Shown: positions 27,028-40,869, counted from the stretch's first letter. The stretch: 64,000 nucleotides of DNA from Octopus sinensis (GCF_006345805.1 NC_043011.1:57982464-58046463), one strand, 5' to 3'. Made by a program: numbers and translations. Notes: generated from the letters alone by a model not told the origin.

Positions 27028-27649
27028 ATATATATATAATATATATATATACATATATATATCGTTGCTATTATGCAAAAGTGTCGTAGGTCCAAAACGT
27101 TGCTTTTTCAAAAAACGTAAAAAATAGTTCACCATTCCATACCAAAACTGTTGTACAACAATCTGACAATTTTTGATATCCTGGCATGTGAAGGAGTTGG
27201 AGTTACGAGAGTTTGACCAAAATAACCGGCTATTACAAGCAAGAATAAATATTGAAGAAATGCATTTGGCCAAGTTTGGACATACGATAATTTAACATAA
27301 TAGCAAGGATATATATACTCAAACATACATACAGATAAATAGACAGATATACACACCTGTGTGTATTCGTGTGTGTGAGTGTGTGTGTCGTTGTGCGAGT
27401 GTTTGTCGGACACCAACATTTGACAAAGGGTATTGATGTGTTTACCACTTTGTCAATTAGCCCATCGACAAATTATATCGATAAAATAATCACCAAGCTT
27501 AAAAGAAGTTCTTGGGTCAACTTGTTCGACGAAATATTGGAAGGAATTACTCCAGCATGGCTGTAGAAGTCCAATTATTGAAACAAACAAAAAAAAATGT
27601 TGAAAGATAACATTTTTGCAGTCTACATAATCCTTTCAACTAAAGGGAC

Positions 27650-28045
27650 AATGCCTGAAATTTGTGGGGAGGGGGACCAGTCGATTTCATCGAGCCCAGT
27701 GTTTCATTGGTACTTAATTTATCGACCCCGAAAGAATGAAAGAATAATAGAATAATAGAATGAAAGGCAAAATCGACCTCGGCGGAATCTGAACTCAGAA
27801 CGTAGTGATAGGCGAAATACCGCGAATCATTTCGTCCAGCATGCTAACGATTCTTTGCTACTATGGGTACAAGGTCTAAAATTTGGGGGAGGAGGATAGT
27901 CGATATAAACGACCCCAGTGCGTAACTGGTATTTCATCGACCCCGAAATGATGAAAGGTAAAGACGACCTCGCTGGAATTTGAACTCAGAATGTAGCGAA
28001 TAAACATTTCATCCAGCGTGCTAACGATTCTGCCAGCTCGCCACT
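27650..28045 (-). mobile_element. Two adjacent head type 1 SINE copies
   Basis: Signature repeated at about 27765-27800 and 27955-27990. Confidence 0.85.
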
Positions 28046-28059
28046 TTGTGCTGCCCATA

Positions 28060-28400
28060 TGGTTAGTAAAAGTTTTATGAGGGCAGTTGTCTTAGTGTTT
28101 AGGATATTAGGCTTCAGTCGTAAGATAGTGAGTTCGATTCCTGGCGTTGCGTTGTATCATTCAGCATGACATTTTATTTCATGTGGCTCCATTCTCCGAA
28201 GCACGCAAACATGAATAGTATCTGTAATTAAAAAGGGACCACCCTCGGTCCATTCTGCGTCCCGCTGAATCTTCCCGAGAACTACGCTAAAGATGCGCCT
28301 ATTTGTGGAGTGCTCAGCCATTTGCAAATTAATTTCGTGAGTAAAGCTGCTCCGTACATCTATTCAAATGGTCCACTCACCGTCGCAACCGACGAAGTAC
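28060..28400 (+). mobile_element. SINE, head type 4 family (diverged)
   Basis: gtggttagg-like A box, gagttcgattcc B box and body gagaactacgctaaag. Confidence 0.7.
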
Positions 28401-29289
28401 TGGTTGTGTAAAAAAAAGAAAAAGTCGAAGAAGAGTAATTTATGTTGCATACAGACGCCGCGTACCACTTGACCTCACATCATTTGCTAAACTAAGTACA
28501 CAAAACAATCAATACTTTGACCAAACACATACGTTTACTGACTATTTTATATCCACGTTAAGTTTTAAGACAATATATATGTGTGGTTTGTCTGTTCTGG
28601 GTTAGCGTCATGTTTTCTTTTAACGTTAATAATGAAAGAGATAATAACATCGTACACAGCTTTATCTTAATAATGATATCATTATACAAAAATAGTCGAT
28701 CTCCTACGGAGTTGCTGTAATCAATATATAACAAAACAACATAGATGCGAAAGCAAACTTTAATCTTATACATCTGAATAACTCTTTTGACTGTATTTAC
28801 GTTTTGTCGTTTTATGTGATTTCGTTTTTTTCTCTTCTCCGCTGTTACTAATTAACAGTGAACTTATTCCACGAACTTACTAATTAAAACCAAGTACTCA
28901 TTTACCAAGTGGCAAATTGGTGCAGTCGTCAGTGCGGCAAGTAGAATGACTAAAATGGATTGCTTAAAAAATAAAATGGTGGATAGAGACGAGCGAGAAA
29001 GAAACGTTCGTATTCGTCAGCAAAGTTATAAAAAGGAAATCTACGCGGTTTTCTGCCCTTGGCAGGCAAATTCTATTGAGTCAGCGTAGCTTTCCGTTAT
29101 TTCAATATCTAGTACTAGTGTTAAGATTTCCGTTCCTGTCTTGGTTGATATAAAGTCCACCCGTATCACATAATGTCTCAGTATTCAGGCACATATTTTC
29201 GCTGAATCCTGGCTTGTTTTCAAATTACTTCAGCGTCCGTTACTTCGACTAGGAAACATCAACGTTCGAATTGACAAGGAGACACCAAT

Positions 29290-29356
<67 letters not shown>

Positions 29357-30069
29357 ATATATATATATATATTATATATATATATATATGTGTACATATA
29401 TATATATATACATATATATATTTAATTAAAAACTTAGGGTAACAAGAATATTTAACGAAAAATCCTTACCCCGAAGGTCTGATCGTGCTTCTCGTGTATT
29501 TGTGATAATAATCTCTCTATCAAAATGAAAGCAAATAAACTTTTCATTTTTGTGCTAATAAACATGAAAGCACAATTGTAAATATGACCAAGAACGCAGG
29601 AAAAAAATCTAGAACGGACGCGTTGTGAAACAGTGCTCCGTAGGATAACATTGCAAATATTTATCAGAAATACCGTTTGCTTCACAGAGCAAAAAAATAT
29701 TTCTATCTTCAAAATTTCCACTGAATAAAGTCAAGATGAATATCAAAAGGAAATGGATGCAGATCTTGCAGTATGATATTTCGATAGAGAAATAGTTCTT
29801 TTACAATGAAGAAAAAGTGTGAGATAGAAAAAAAGAACTTAATCAATAGGCATTGTTACATATGTGCCAAAATTTCCGATCGATGTACTGACCAAATTCA
29901 GGAAGATTGTCAAGAGTTATGAAAGAAGATAAACAACACAGAAAATGAAAATGTCGGGAAAGCAATGCCAGTGCTTTGAAAATTCCCAAACCAAAAAGCT
30001 ATGAGAAGAGTTCACAATTGAGTAATGAAAACGGTCGTGTAAAAGTGCTCTAAACACAGTATAGGGAGG

Positions 30070-30449
30070 AAGCACTCCATCGGTTACGATGATGATGGTT
30101 CCGGTTGGTCCGACCAACGGAACAGCCTGCTCGTGAAATTAACGTGTAAGTGGCTGAGCACTCCACAGACACGTGTACCCTTAACGTAGTTCTCGGGGAT
30201 ATTCAGCGTGACATAGAGAGTGACAAGACCGGCCCTTTGAAATACAGGTAAAACAGAAACAGGAAGTAAGAGTGAGAGGAGGTTGTGGTGAAAGAGTACA
30301 GCAGGGATCACCACCATCCCCTGCCGGAGCCTCGTGGAGCTTTAGGTGTTTTCGCTCAATAAACACTCACAACGCCCGGTCTGGGAATCGAAACCGCGAT
30401 CCTACGACCGCGAGTCCGCTGCCCTAAACACTGGGCCATTGCGCCTCCA
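30070..30449 (-). mobile_element. tRNA-derived SINE (head type 3 with a different central body)
   Basis: Head tggaggcgcaatggcccagtgtttagggcagcggactcgcggtcg matches the 5022 SINE; the body matches the 36880 family. Confidence 0.88.
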
Positions 30450-30859
30450 AACACAGGATACATCTTCAAGGAAGCACCAAAATCAAACTTTGAATGCACA
30501 TACTACGGATTCAAAGCTTGGGATGTCTTCAAACGAATGAATAGATTATAAAACTAATTTAACCTATAAAAATGCTGAAAATCTGGGATGGGTTAACGTA
30601 CGTGGAGTATGATGATAAAAAGAACATCTCAAACTCAATAAAAAGGAACGGGCGCTACAAATTCAAGTGTTGCACGTCCACAAACGAAACGCAAAATACG
30701 GTAACCAACTAACAAGGAGCAATGCCAAAGATCTGGGATAGTTTTAAGCGTGAGGAAGAATATGAAGAAAAAGCGGACGAAATAAGGAATATGGAGCAAA
30801 TAGAGGATTTGGGACATAAAGGAACCAACATTCAGCATAGTAGTCATCATAGCTAAAGA

Positions 30860-31190
30860 AAACTGGCACCCCGTCACTTGCGACGACGAGTGTTCCAATT
30901 GATTTCATCAACAGAACAGCCTGCTTGGGGAAAAAGTTTGCAAGTGGCTGAGAACTCCACAGACGCGTGAACCCTTAACGTAGTTCTCAGGGATATGTAG
31001 TATGCTGGAGAGTGTGACAAGTGTGGCCCCTTGAAATACCGATGCTTCTCGTTTTGTGCCTGCTGTGTGGAGTGGTGCACCGTGAAATAAAGTGTCCTGT
31101 TTAAGGGCACAACGCACTGCCGGAAATCGAACTCGGGACATTACGATGGTGGTCCAAATACCCGAACCACTGAGCCACGATCCTTCACCA
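30860..31190 (-). mobile_element. SINE, head type 4 family
   Basis: Body cccttaacgtagttctcaggg and a B-box-like gagttcgatttcc on the minus strand. Confidence 0.75.
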
Positions 31191-31599
31191 TAATTTAAAA
31201 AAAATGAAAAAGTAATACTGGTAATTATTTTACAGTGCGAATATTCTGCCACTGGAAATGGGGCCTTACAAAACTAACGCATCGAAATAGATGCACAGAA
31301 AAGGTGACCCCTAAAATTATAAATATATCGGAAGAAGTTTAAGAGAAAAATGAAAATGATGTATTATTGAATAGATTTCAATTTACTTTTACACAAAAAT
31401 CAAATATCACCATAGAGATATTCAAATATATTATCAATGTCTCCACCCGAGGGAATTTTTCGACAATAGAGATGGAAGTGATGATTCCATTGTCAGAAAT
31501 AGATCGAACTTCACTTCATATAGAGGGAGTGGTAAATATTTGAATATTAATATCTATACGATGACTAATTTTTCTATTGTTACTTACTAATGGAAACAA

Positions 31600-32400
31600 A
31601 GGCTTCGAGGAAAAAGGAAGATATTCTCTCTACAGGTATTGAAAACTGATTTTTGAGAGAAAATGACGAAGGCGGAACTTGTATTATTATGAATAAAGAA
31701 TTTGAGGAACATGAAGCATTTTAACAATTGACGTAAGAGATTTACTACAAGGAAAAATATAAAGCATTTCATGAACGAAATCAAACCATTAATAGAGCAA
31801 TGATCAGATTGTTTTCTAAGGCGGTGATCTGGTAGAATCGTTTGCGCGGCGGGCGAAATGCTTAGCGGTATTTTGTCTGCGGTTAAGTTCTGAGTTCAAA
31901 TTCCGCCGAGGTCATCTTTGCCTTTCATCCTTTCGGGGTCGATGAATTAAGAAGCAGTTGCGTGCTAGTGTCGATCTAATCGACTGGCTTCCGCCCGCAT
32001 AATTTCAGGCCTTGTGCCTAGAGTAGATAATAATGATCAGACTGTTCTCTGATAAAGAAATCGATACCATGTCGAACTACAAAAATAGGGAAAATTATAT
32101 TTATGGATTTCCAATGATTCATAGGGACACTATATTATAGATCGCAATAAACGTACGAAATAACCAAGCATGTAGAGACTGAAACAAGCTGATCTGAAAT
32201 TGGCCAAAAAGTGCAGGGCCAAAAATTTATAAGAAATTCGATAGATTCCATACTTAGGCACGTACACCCCAAGACTCCAACGGAGTCCTTTAACTCATTA
32301 TTTCACCCAAAGGAACAATTTAACAAGTTGCCGCGTAAATATTTGCACCCTTATATACAGCTCAGATTAGGTTTAGCAGTAGAAACATGATTAATGGCTT
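31600..32400 (+). pseudogene. Old Penelope-like RT fossil interrupted by a SINE
   Basis: ENDEGGTCIIMNKE..QLT*EIYYKE resembles ADKGG.+V+M..L....Y. It continues in frame across the SINE into FSDKEIDTMSNY..YIYGFPMIHR (FYGLPKIHK-like), then DLK..AGP and LY..LGLA remnants. Confidence 0.6.
31818..32031 (+). mobile_element. Head type 1 SINE with a diverged 19-bp TSD
   Basis: aatgatcagattgttttct (31799-31817) versus aatgatcagactgttctct (32032-32050), 17/19 identical. Confidence 0.88.
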
Positions 32401-33544
32401 ATTTCAAAACGTTTAATTATCAAAATCCGACGTAGTCATATATTGTGCATATTTTACAAGCAATTGTGATCTTGGCCCTCCTAACAACCTCCGAAGACTA
32501 ACGATTTTTGTTTGGTTACTCTTGACTTTCTTCCCGTATATGTTATCCTGTTAGTCTTTATTCTCCCAAGCTTAAACTTCAATATTACGGAGGGATTCAA
32601 TGGTTCAAGTGACTCAAGGGTGACCGTTGTAACAAAGGTCTCGGGACCAGTCCTTCTTCAAATCTTGCATGTCTTATACTAAGGAGCATCTCGTATATAA
32701 CCCCTATACATACTACAAGATTTGTCCAGTCTGGTGCTTATAGTATTGTCACAATCCCATACATTCCTGAAATCCCTGACACCTTAAGGCGAATACTTGC
32801 CACATTCTAATCTATTGACCGCAACCGCTACACTTATTAATGGAAGAACAGGGGTCTAACTTGTTTGACAGCAAGAAAACAGATTTAACTCTGCAATGGG
32901 TTGTCTTAGAGAAACATTTATTATTACAAAGCATAAACGAAATTTATCGCTGGAGATTAACAGATACCGCGGAAAATGCTTTCTTTTATGAAAGTAATTA
33001 TAAGAAAAACTACAGCTAGTTCAACTGACCCCAAGTGCACTTTACTCGCTCGTTAAATTCACGAGAAAAATCAGTGAAAAAGAATTGCCGATGTTTGATA
33101 TCCTCATATGTAATATGAAGTATTATAAAAGTTATATTTTACAAAAAGATCACTACGAATCGATATTTAGACATTTATTTATAGCATCCGTCATAGATAA
33201 AAACAAACATATACGCCAGACACTTCGACATGATGCATTTAGAGGCTTCCTCAAAGTATGAAAATGTATCTTACATATTTAATATACAGCTGGATGCAAA
33301 ATCAAAGAAACTACACACACCTCAAGTCAGGTTCTTTCTCGAATAAACCCCCAAAAATGTGAAGAATAACATTTGTTTTCAGACAATTTTCACGTATGAC
33401 AAACATATTTATTTAATACCTATAAATCAAACATAGTGACCCTCATCCAAAACACCTACACACACATACATGTACACCCCGACCCCCACACACACTTATA
33501 CACACACACGCGCACACACTCACACACACACGCACACATATACA

Positions 33545-33735
33545 TAACTATATATATATACGACGAGCTTCTTTCAGTTTCCGTCTACCAAATCCACAAG
33601 ATTTTCGTCGGCCTGAGTCTATAGTAGAAGACATTTGCCCAAGGTGCTACGCAGTGGGACTGAACGCGGAACCATGTGGTTGATAAGCAAGCTACTTTTC
33701 CACACAACCACTCCTGCGCTTATGCAAGCAGCCAA
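33545..33735 (-). mobile_element. Head type 2 SINE, 5' part
   Basis: cttctttcagtttccgtctaccaaatcc..gcagtgggactgaacgcggaaccatg. Confidence 0.82.
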
Positions 33736-33848
33736 ACCTGCGCATATATATATATGTGTATGTGTGTGTGTATGTGTGTGTGCGCGTGTGTATGTGGTGG
33801 CACGTATGGGAGTGTCTGGCATTGTTTGTGTATATGTGTGTTTTAGCT

Positions 33849-33884
<36 letters not shown>

Positions 33885-33974
33885 CTTAATTATATACATA
33901 CACACGTACATACTTGTACGCTTAAATAAAGATGTATTGTTAAATTCTATACAATATATATACATATGTATTTA

Positions 33975-34031
<57 letters not shown>

Positions 34032-34604
34032 ATATAGATATACATATATGTGTGTGTGTGTGTGTCTACGCACACGCACACAGACACACACATTATGCTT
34101 TGAAGTTACCTTTAGCTGGATGAAACTAATGAAGGCTGCTGCAAAACACTTGTAATAATTACATCATTTTTAACCATAGTTATCCCGATAGCTTTCCTCA
34201 GTTTAAACGCCATATTAATTTTGCTAAACGTTAACAATTACCAGAATATTCTATTTTTCGGACGCCCCCGCATATGGAGGGGATATTTATCTGAAACATA
34301 GATTTCTCGGCATCGAATTATTATGTAACTTTCTAGATGAGAGAATATATCCTCTCGTTACGCTCATATGTATATATACCGATGTATGTGTACTGTATGT
34401 GTATGTGTTTATGTATGTATGTTTATATGTGTGTATGGACGCATGTATACACAAACCTATGACTTGGCATATATATGTGGTAGTTTATTGCGCACGCACA
34501 TAAGCTTGCATGTATGCTTACATATGTGTTTATGTATATAAACGTATATATATATATAAATATATATAAATATATATGTATAAATATATATATATATATA
34601 TATG

Positions 34605-34774
34605 TATATAGGTTGCAGGAGAGGTAAGGAGCTTTCTTCCCAACCACACGGTTCCGGGTTCGGTTCCACTGTGTGGCGCCTTGGGCAAGTGTCTTATAAT
34701 ATAGCATCGGACCGACCAAAGACTTGTGAGTGGATTTGGTAGACGGAAAGTGAAAGAAGACAGTGGTGTATTTA

Positions 34775-34841
<67 letters not shown>

Positions 34842-34901
34842 ACGTTTGTATATGTATATGTTTGTATATGCATATATATATATGTATATGTTTGTATATG
34901 C

Positions 34902-34959
<58 letters not shown>

Positions 34960-35165
34960 GTGTGTGTGTGTATGTTTGTGTGTGTGTGTGTGTGTTTGTA
35001 TGTCTGTGTTTGTTCCCCCGCCACCATCACTTGACAACATATGTTGCTGTGTTTACGTCTTACAAAGTGTAAGTCCTGGGGTCGATTTGGTCGACTAAAG
35101 ACAGTGCCCCAGCATGACCGCAGTCAAATGACTGAAACATACAAAAGAATAAAAGAAAAGAATAA
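34605..35165 (+). mobile_element. Head type 2 SINE with greatly expanded internal microsatellite
   Basis: Head and tail match the family; the internal TA/TG tract spans about 34765-35000. Confidence 0.88.
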
Positions 35166-36034
35166 AAGAACGAAGGAATATATATACACACACACACACA
35201 TACATGTATTTACGTAAATATATATGCATATAAATTCATGCGTACATACGCACGTACACATATACACATATAGACACTAACGTATGTATATGAAATGTTA
35301 GATATTTTATTATCTCTACTATTACATAAGCATATTAGAGGAAGCCTGCTGAATAGCTAGGAGGACCGACATATTGCTTAGCGGCCGACGTATTTTCCTT
35401 TTGAACCTTGCGGTGTTCATTAGAAAAGTAACACTCAATTACTGGTGGCTCTCTGCAAAAATCTGAAACCATTATTATATAAGGAATGTAAGCTGCCAAC
35501 CTCGAGAATCGTTAGACTGGGCAATACCGTATGAAGACTGTATGTCCGTTCTGAGTTTAAATTCCTTCAGGGCTAACTTTACCTTTCATTCTTTCGAGTC
35601 CATAAAATAACTATTTCCCTTCCGCTTAAGGCACCTGGCCTTGTGTCTCCAGCATAAAGGGTTATTATATTCAAATGTAAGGGAGCGAGCCTTTGGAGTC
35701 ATTTGTAGGCCGGAGATTAAGGCGGCCTTTCTTTTGGCTTTACGTTCCAAGTTCAATCTCCATGAAAATGTATCCCAGTCACCCCTTTTAATATTCCAGC
35801 TCTTGTGCCTAGAGTAGAAAAAAAAACTAGAATAAAAAATTATGGTAACTTATTATTTGCTTTATAATATCTTTAAAATTTAACTACATAATTGTATTCT
35901 AGAACAAACAAATATGAAAATATCTCCTTCAGCCAAGACTGGCCAATTTGTTTAAATACATCTTATACTCTGCTAGGAATTGCATAGTTTTAAAATGTTT
36001 CGTTTCCTATTATAAAACAATTGTACTCTATCAT

Positions 36035-36076
<42 letters not shown>

Positions 36077-36102
36077 ATATATATGTATATACATATATAT
36101 AA

Positions 36103-36133
<31 letters not shown>

Positions 36134-36838
36134 ATATATATATATATATATAATATATATATATGTATGTATGTATGTATGTGCGTATGTGCGTGTGTAT
36201 GTATGTATGTATGTATAATGTTTTAAGGCGCAAGCATGTTGCCGACACAGCTTCAACAATACTTCATAGTGTATGTACATGTTTAAATTGTTTTCGTTTA
36301 TTCCATAGCATATATAACGACTTAATGACAAGAGAAATTGTATTGTCAAGCAAGCATCGCCGGAATGAGTGGGTGTTCTGATAGCAAAACATTCTGAATC
36401 CAGAAAATATTAACAAAATGCTTTATGTCGTTTAAACGGAAACAAATTTTGACGAAGCCTATGTTTCTTCCTGTAGACATGCGTTTATTGGAAGGGCGGC
36501 ACTGTCATTATAACGCTAATATAATGGAGCTTGTGTTTAACAACAGCAGATTCAGAAAACTTGTAATTAAATATTTCGCTCAATATAGTATTTTGGCTAT
36601 TTCTCTATTTCACGTTATCTTCAAATCCCTACTTTCTGTTTCTCTATCTATCTATCTATGTAATAGTCGATCAATGTGCATACATACAGATATACATACA
36701 TATACACCTATGAATATATGCAATATATATATATATATAATATATATATAATATATATATATATAAATGTGTGTGTGTATGTGTGTGTATGTATATATAC
36801 ATACATATATAAATTTATACACACACACACACACACAT

Positions 36839-36879
<41 letters not shown>

Positions 36880-37185
36880 AGTGTGGCTTAGGGGTTAGGG
36901 CATTCGGCTCACAATCGAAACGTCGTGAGTTCATTCCCTGGTGAGGCATTGTGTCTTTGAGCAAGACACTTTATTTTTCACGTTGCTCCTGTCCACTAAC
37001 CTGGCGAAAATGAGTGGTACTTGTATTTCAAAGAGCCAGCTATATCATACGCTATGTCACACTGAATGTCCCTCAGAAGTACGTTAAGGGTACACGCGTC
37101 TGTGGAGAGCTCAGCCACTTACCTGTTAATTGCACGAGGAAGCTGTTCCGTTGATCGTATCAGCTGGGACTCTCGCCGTCGTAAG
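36880..37185 (+). mobile_element. tRNA-derived SINE (head type 4, CORE-like segment plus body)
   Basis: gtggcttaggggttagggcattcggctcac..gagttcattccc..tgtgtctttgagcaagacacttt..acgttaagggtacacgcgtctgtgg. Confidence 0.85.
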
Positions 37186-37236
37186 TACGGAGTGTTTCTT
37201 TATGCATATATATCTACACACACACACATATATATA

Positions 37237-37289
<53 letters not shown>

Positions 37290-37424
37290 ACATATATACA
37301 TATATATATATGTGTATATATATATGTATATATATATATATATATATATAATGTATACATATATATATATATATGAATACACACGCACCGCACACACACA
37401 TACACACATATATTTATTTATATA

Positions 37425-37725
37425 TAAACATCCCTCGACGAGGATTCCAGTTGTTCCGATCAACGGAAGTATCTGCTCGTTAAATTATCGAGCAAGTGGA
37501 TAAGCACTCCAAAGACGCGTGTACTCTTAACATAGTTCTCAGGGAAATTCAGTGTGACACAGGCGGCCCCTTTCGAATACAGCTTCAACTCATTTTTGCG
37601 AGCCTAATGATCTTGAGCAACGTTAAGTAAAGTGCCTTGCTCAAAAACACAAGGCGCCGTTAGAAATCGAACTCACAACCTGACGATCGTCAGCCGAATA
37701 TTTCTAACCACCACGGCAAGCGCCT
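37425..37725 (-). mobile_element. SINE, head type 4 family, inverted relative to the 36880 copy
   Basis: Reverse complement aligns with the body at 37050-37180; tRNA-like head near 37680-37720. Confidence 0.8.
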
Positions 37726-37769
37726 TCACGCAGATATAAATATGAGTGTATATGAAGCATCGTGTGAGA

Positions 37770-38165
37770 CATACTTGAACGGCTGTGTGGTAGGTAGCTT
37801 GTTTATCAACCACATAGTTCCGGGTTCAGTCCCACTGCGTGGCACCTTGGGCAAGTGTCTTCTACTATGGCCTCGGGCCGACCAAAGCCTTGTGAGTGGA
37901 TTTGGTAGACGGAAACTGAAAGAAGGCCGTCGTATATATGTATATATATATGTGTGTTTGTGTGTCTGTATTTGTCCCCCTAGCATTGCTTGACAACCGA
38001 TGCTGGTGTGTTTATGTCCCCGTTACTTAGCGGTTCGGCAAAAGTGTCCGATAGAATAAGTACTGGGTTACAAAAGAATAAGTCCCGGGGTCGAGTTGCT
38101 CGATTAAAGGCGGTGCTCCAGCATGGCCGCAGTCAGATGACTGAAACAAGTAAAAGAGAAAAGAG
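37770..38165 (+). mobile_element. Head type 2 SINE, near full length
   Basis: Same architecture as the 11320 copy, with the tRNA-like head intact. Confidence 0.9.
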
Positions 38166-38822
38166 AGAGAGATTTAATTTCTTAGAAATATCTTCAATAC
38201 TTCATTTTGTCACCATATTGCTTTCAAGAAGCCATTTTATTTTTACAGATGCAAATCTACGAAAGAAAATCCTGTCCAGTTAATCCGTTTTCTCGCATCG
38301 AATATATTTTCCCCGATATTATGAATTGCGATGAGAAAGTTCAACATCAATATAAATTATTTCACCTGTTAAATTATCGAGTTCGGTTATTCACGGCAAT
38401 CCTCTGTGGCTTTTTACATAATCAGAATTATGCAAACATGGCAAGCGACCTTTCATCAGTAAAACGCTATATTATGTGAAATCGATGCGTTGTTTGCATG
38501 TCTAAATGGTTTACTTTTTCTTCCGATCCTCTAATCTTCCATAATTATTTCATGATATTACAGTTTATGTCATTCACTGAAAGTTACCCCTGTGGATAGC
38601 TCAAATGCGGTTTTGGAGAGTTCTAGTTTTTCTTTTATTTTTTCAGGGTGGGGTGGCAGAAGTGATAAGTAAACGCTGTTTCTCTTTTAAATGGAAATAA
38701 ATTGTTACAGGCACCTTTGTTTCTTTGTGTATGCAAATTCACTTCAGGTTTGGCAAGGTCATCATAACCTAAAAGAAAACAATATTTTGCCTCTGTTTGG
38801 AATACTTATTCTTGTCTGTTAG

Positions 38823-38824
<2 letters not shown>

Positions 38825-38873
<49 letters not shown>

Positions 38874-39026
38874 TGATGATAATAATATTAATAATAATAA
38901 TAATAATAATAATACCAATAACAATAATAATATTAATAACAATAATTATAATGAAAATAATAATAATAATAATAATAATAAATAATAATAATATAATAAT
39001 AATAATAATAATATAATAATATAATA

Positions 39027-39067
<41 letters not shown>

Positions 39068-39135
39068 TAAAAATAATAATAATAATAATAATAATATAAT
39101 AATATAATAATAATAATAATAATAATAATATAATA

Positions 39136-39168
<33 letters not shown>

Positions 39169-39170
39169 AT
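38825..39170. repeat. (AAT)n microsatellite
   Basis: Direct reading. Confidence 0.97.
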
Positions 39171-39504
39171 GAATAAGACCGATCGCTTCAGAAAATCTGT
39201 CACAGTTATTATAAATATTTTAGTGTTTGCCTCAGTCTTTTTTCCATATGATTGCTTATCTGTCATCGAGATCGGGGCAGATATATGTATATATATATAT
39301 ATATATATATCTACACGCAGCTCCATACGCATTATGTTGGAATCGCCGACTCATCTCCCATTGGAGAAGTTAATCATTATGGAGTCTAACAAATACTTGC
39401 TAGCTGGTGGCCGTTTGCGTCACCTAGCTTTCATTATTTCTATACGAGCAGACATCACTCTATGTTTAACCAGTTGTCTTCGCAACCACATCTTTCTCTT
39501 CTAT

Positions 39505-39704
39505 CTTTTTATTTGTTGCAGTCATTAAAATGAGCCCATGCTGGGGCACCGCCTCTAATGAATCGACGCCAGTGGGGTATTTATATTTCAGGGCCTTCAG
39601 CTTGTTCTGTCGTTCTATTAGCAGAACCGCTGATTTACGGGGATGTAAACACCAGTTGTCAAGCGTTGTGTAGGGCAAACACAGACACACAGATGCATAC
39701 ATTT

Positions 39705-39735
<31 letters not shown>

Positions 39736-39900
39736 CATCCATCTCTTATTCTTTACACGTTTTAGTCATTTGGCTGCGGCCATGCTAGAACACCGTTTGA
39801 AGAGTTTTGAGTCGAATTGTCGCCCACACTGCTTATTTTATATTGACTGGTTGTAATTCTACCGGATTCTTTTGCCAAACCGCCAAATTACAAGGATGTT
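39505..39900 (-). mobile_element. Head type 2 SINE 3' fragments (two partial tails)
   Basis: catgctggggcaccgcc and catgctagaacaccg tails with an internal (CA)n. Confidence 0.7.
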
Positions 39901-40407
39901 AACACACATATATATATATATATTCCATGTGCTTGGCCGGAGTGGATAGATGTCTGTTTGTCTTCGCTACGTAAGGTTGGTGGTTTATTTATGATGTGTT
40001 CAGAATCAGTTCTGCTGAGGATCATAAGACGTAAGTTGAATGTGAAATCACGGTGATACAGAACTAAATTCATTTTTTAAATGTCTTGCTTTGAAGAACT
40101 GCATTTGGGTTTGATTAGTATAATTTTGGTAGTAATGACTTTGTCCCTCTTAGTGTGAGGCATTTATGTGTAATAATGCCCTCTATACAATATAGATATA
40201 ATTAATTTGTTCAAAAGAAAACAATTATTTTCGAATTCTTTTCTTTTATGAGGTTTTTCACGCTAACTACCTGATAACTTCTTGTTAAGATTCCTTATTA
40301 AGAGGTTATCCTCAACTGTTAAACTTATATATATAAATATATATCAGAGTTAGCGCATAAATGCGAAAGAAGGGAGAGAAATAGTAGTCGAATACCTGAG
40401 GTAGAGT

Positions 40408-40587
40408 AATATGCTTTATTAAAGAGCAATAAAAATATCACAAAAACTGTCACTCAGAGTTTCACGTTGCCGTTTGTCGGACAGTTTTGTTTAGAATCTA
40501 GATTCTAAATAAAACTGTCCGACGAACGGGAACATGAAACTCTGAGTAACAGTTTTTGTGATATGTTTACTGCTTTTTAATAAAGTA

Positions 40588-40590
<3 letters not shown>
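40408..40590. mobile_element. Palindromic element (about 90-bp arms) with a hammerhead-like motif in each arm (family B), probably an inverted PLE terminal repeat
   Basis: The centre is the loopless palindrome ttagaatctagattctaa (axis at 40499/40500) and the arms pair out to about 40408/40590. Plus arm 40511-40556 reads AAAACUGU-CCGACGA-ACG-GGAA-CAU-GAAA-CUCUGAGUA/ACAGUUUU; the mirror copy is at 40443-40488 on the minus strand. Confidence 0.8.
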
Positions 40591-40684
<94 letters not shown>

Positions 40685-40869
40685 AAAATAAGCAACAAGT
40701 ATATCTTCGGTAATTTGGTACGATCGTTTCATACTACTTCATTTTATTAAACATTCACCCCATGGATTTATATGGATAATACCATACAAAATTCTGGTGC
40801 CTCTGACTTAAGTACCGTATTCATTTGAATCAAAATTTTGCTGAACTTATATATATATATACACATACA

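Noticed and set aside
28995-29022. CUGACGAAUACGAACGUU on the minus strand
   Set aside because: It lacks GAAA and stem II, and the flanks do not match the family A tail.
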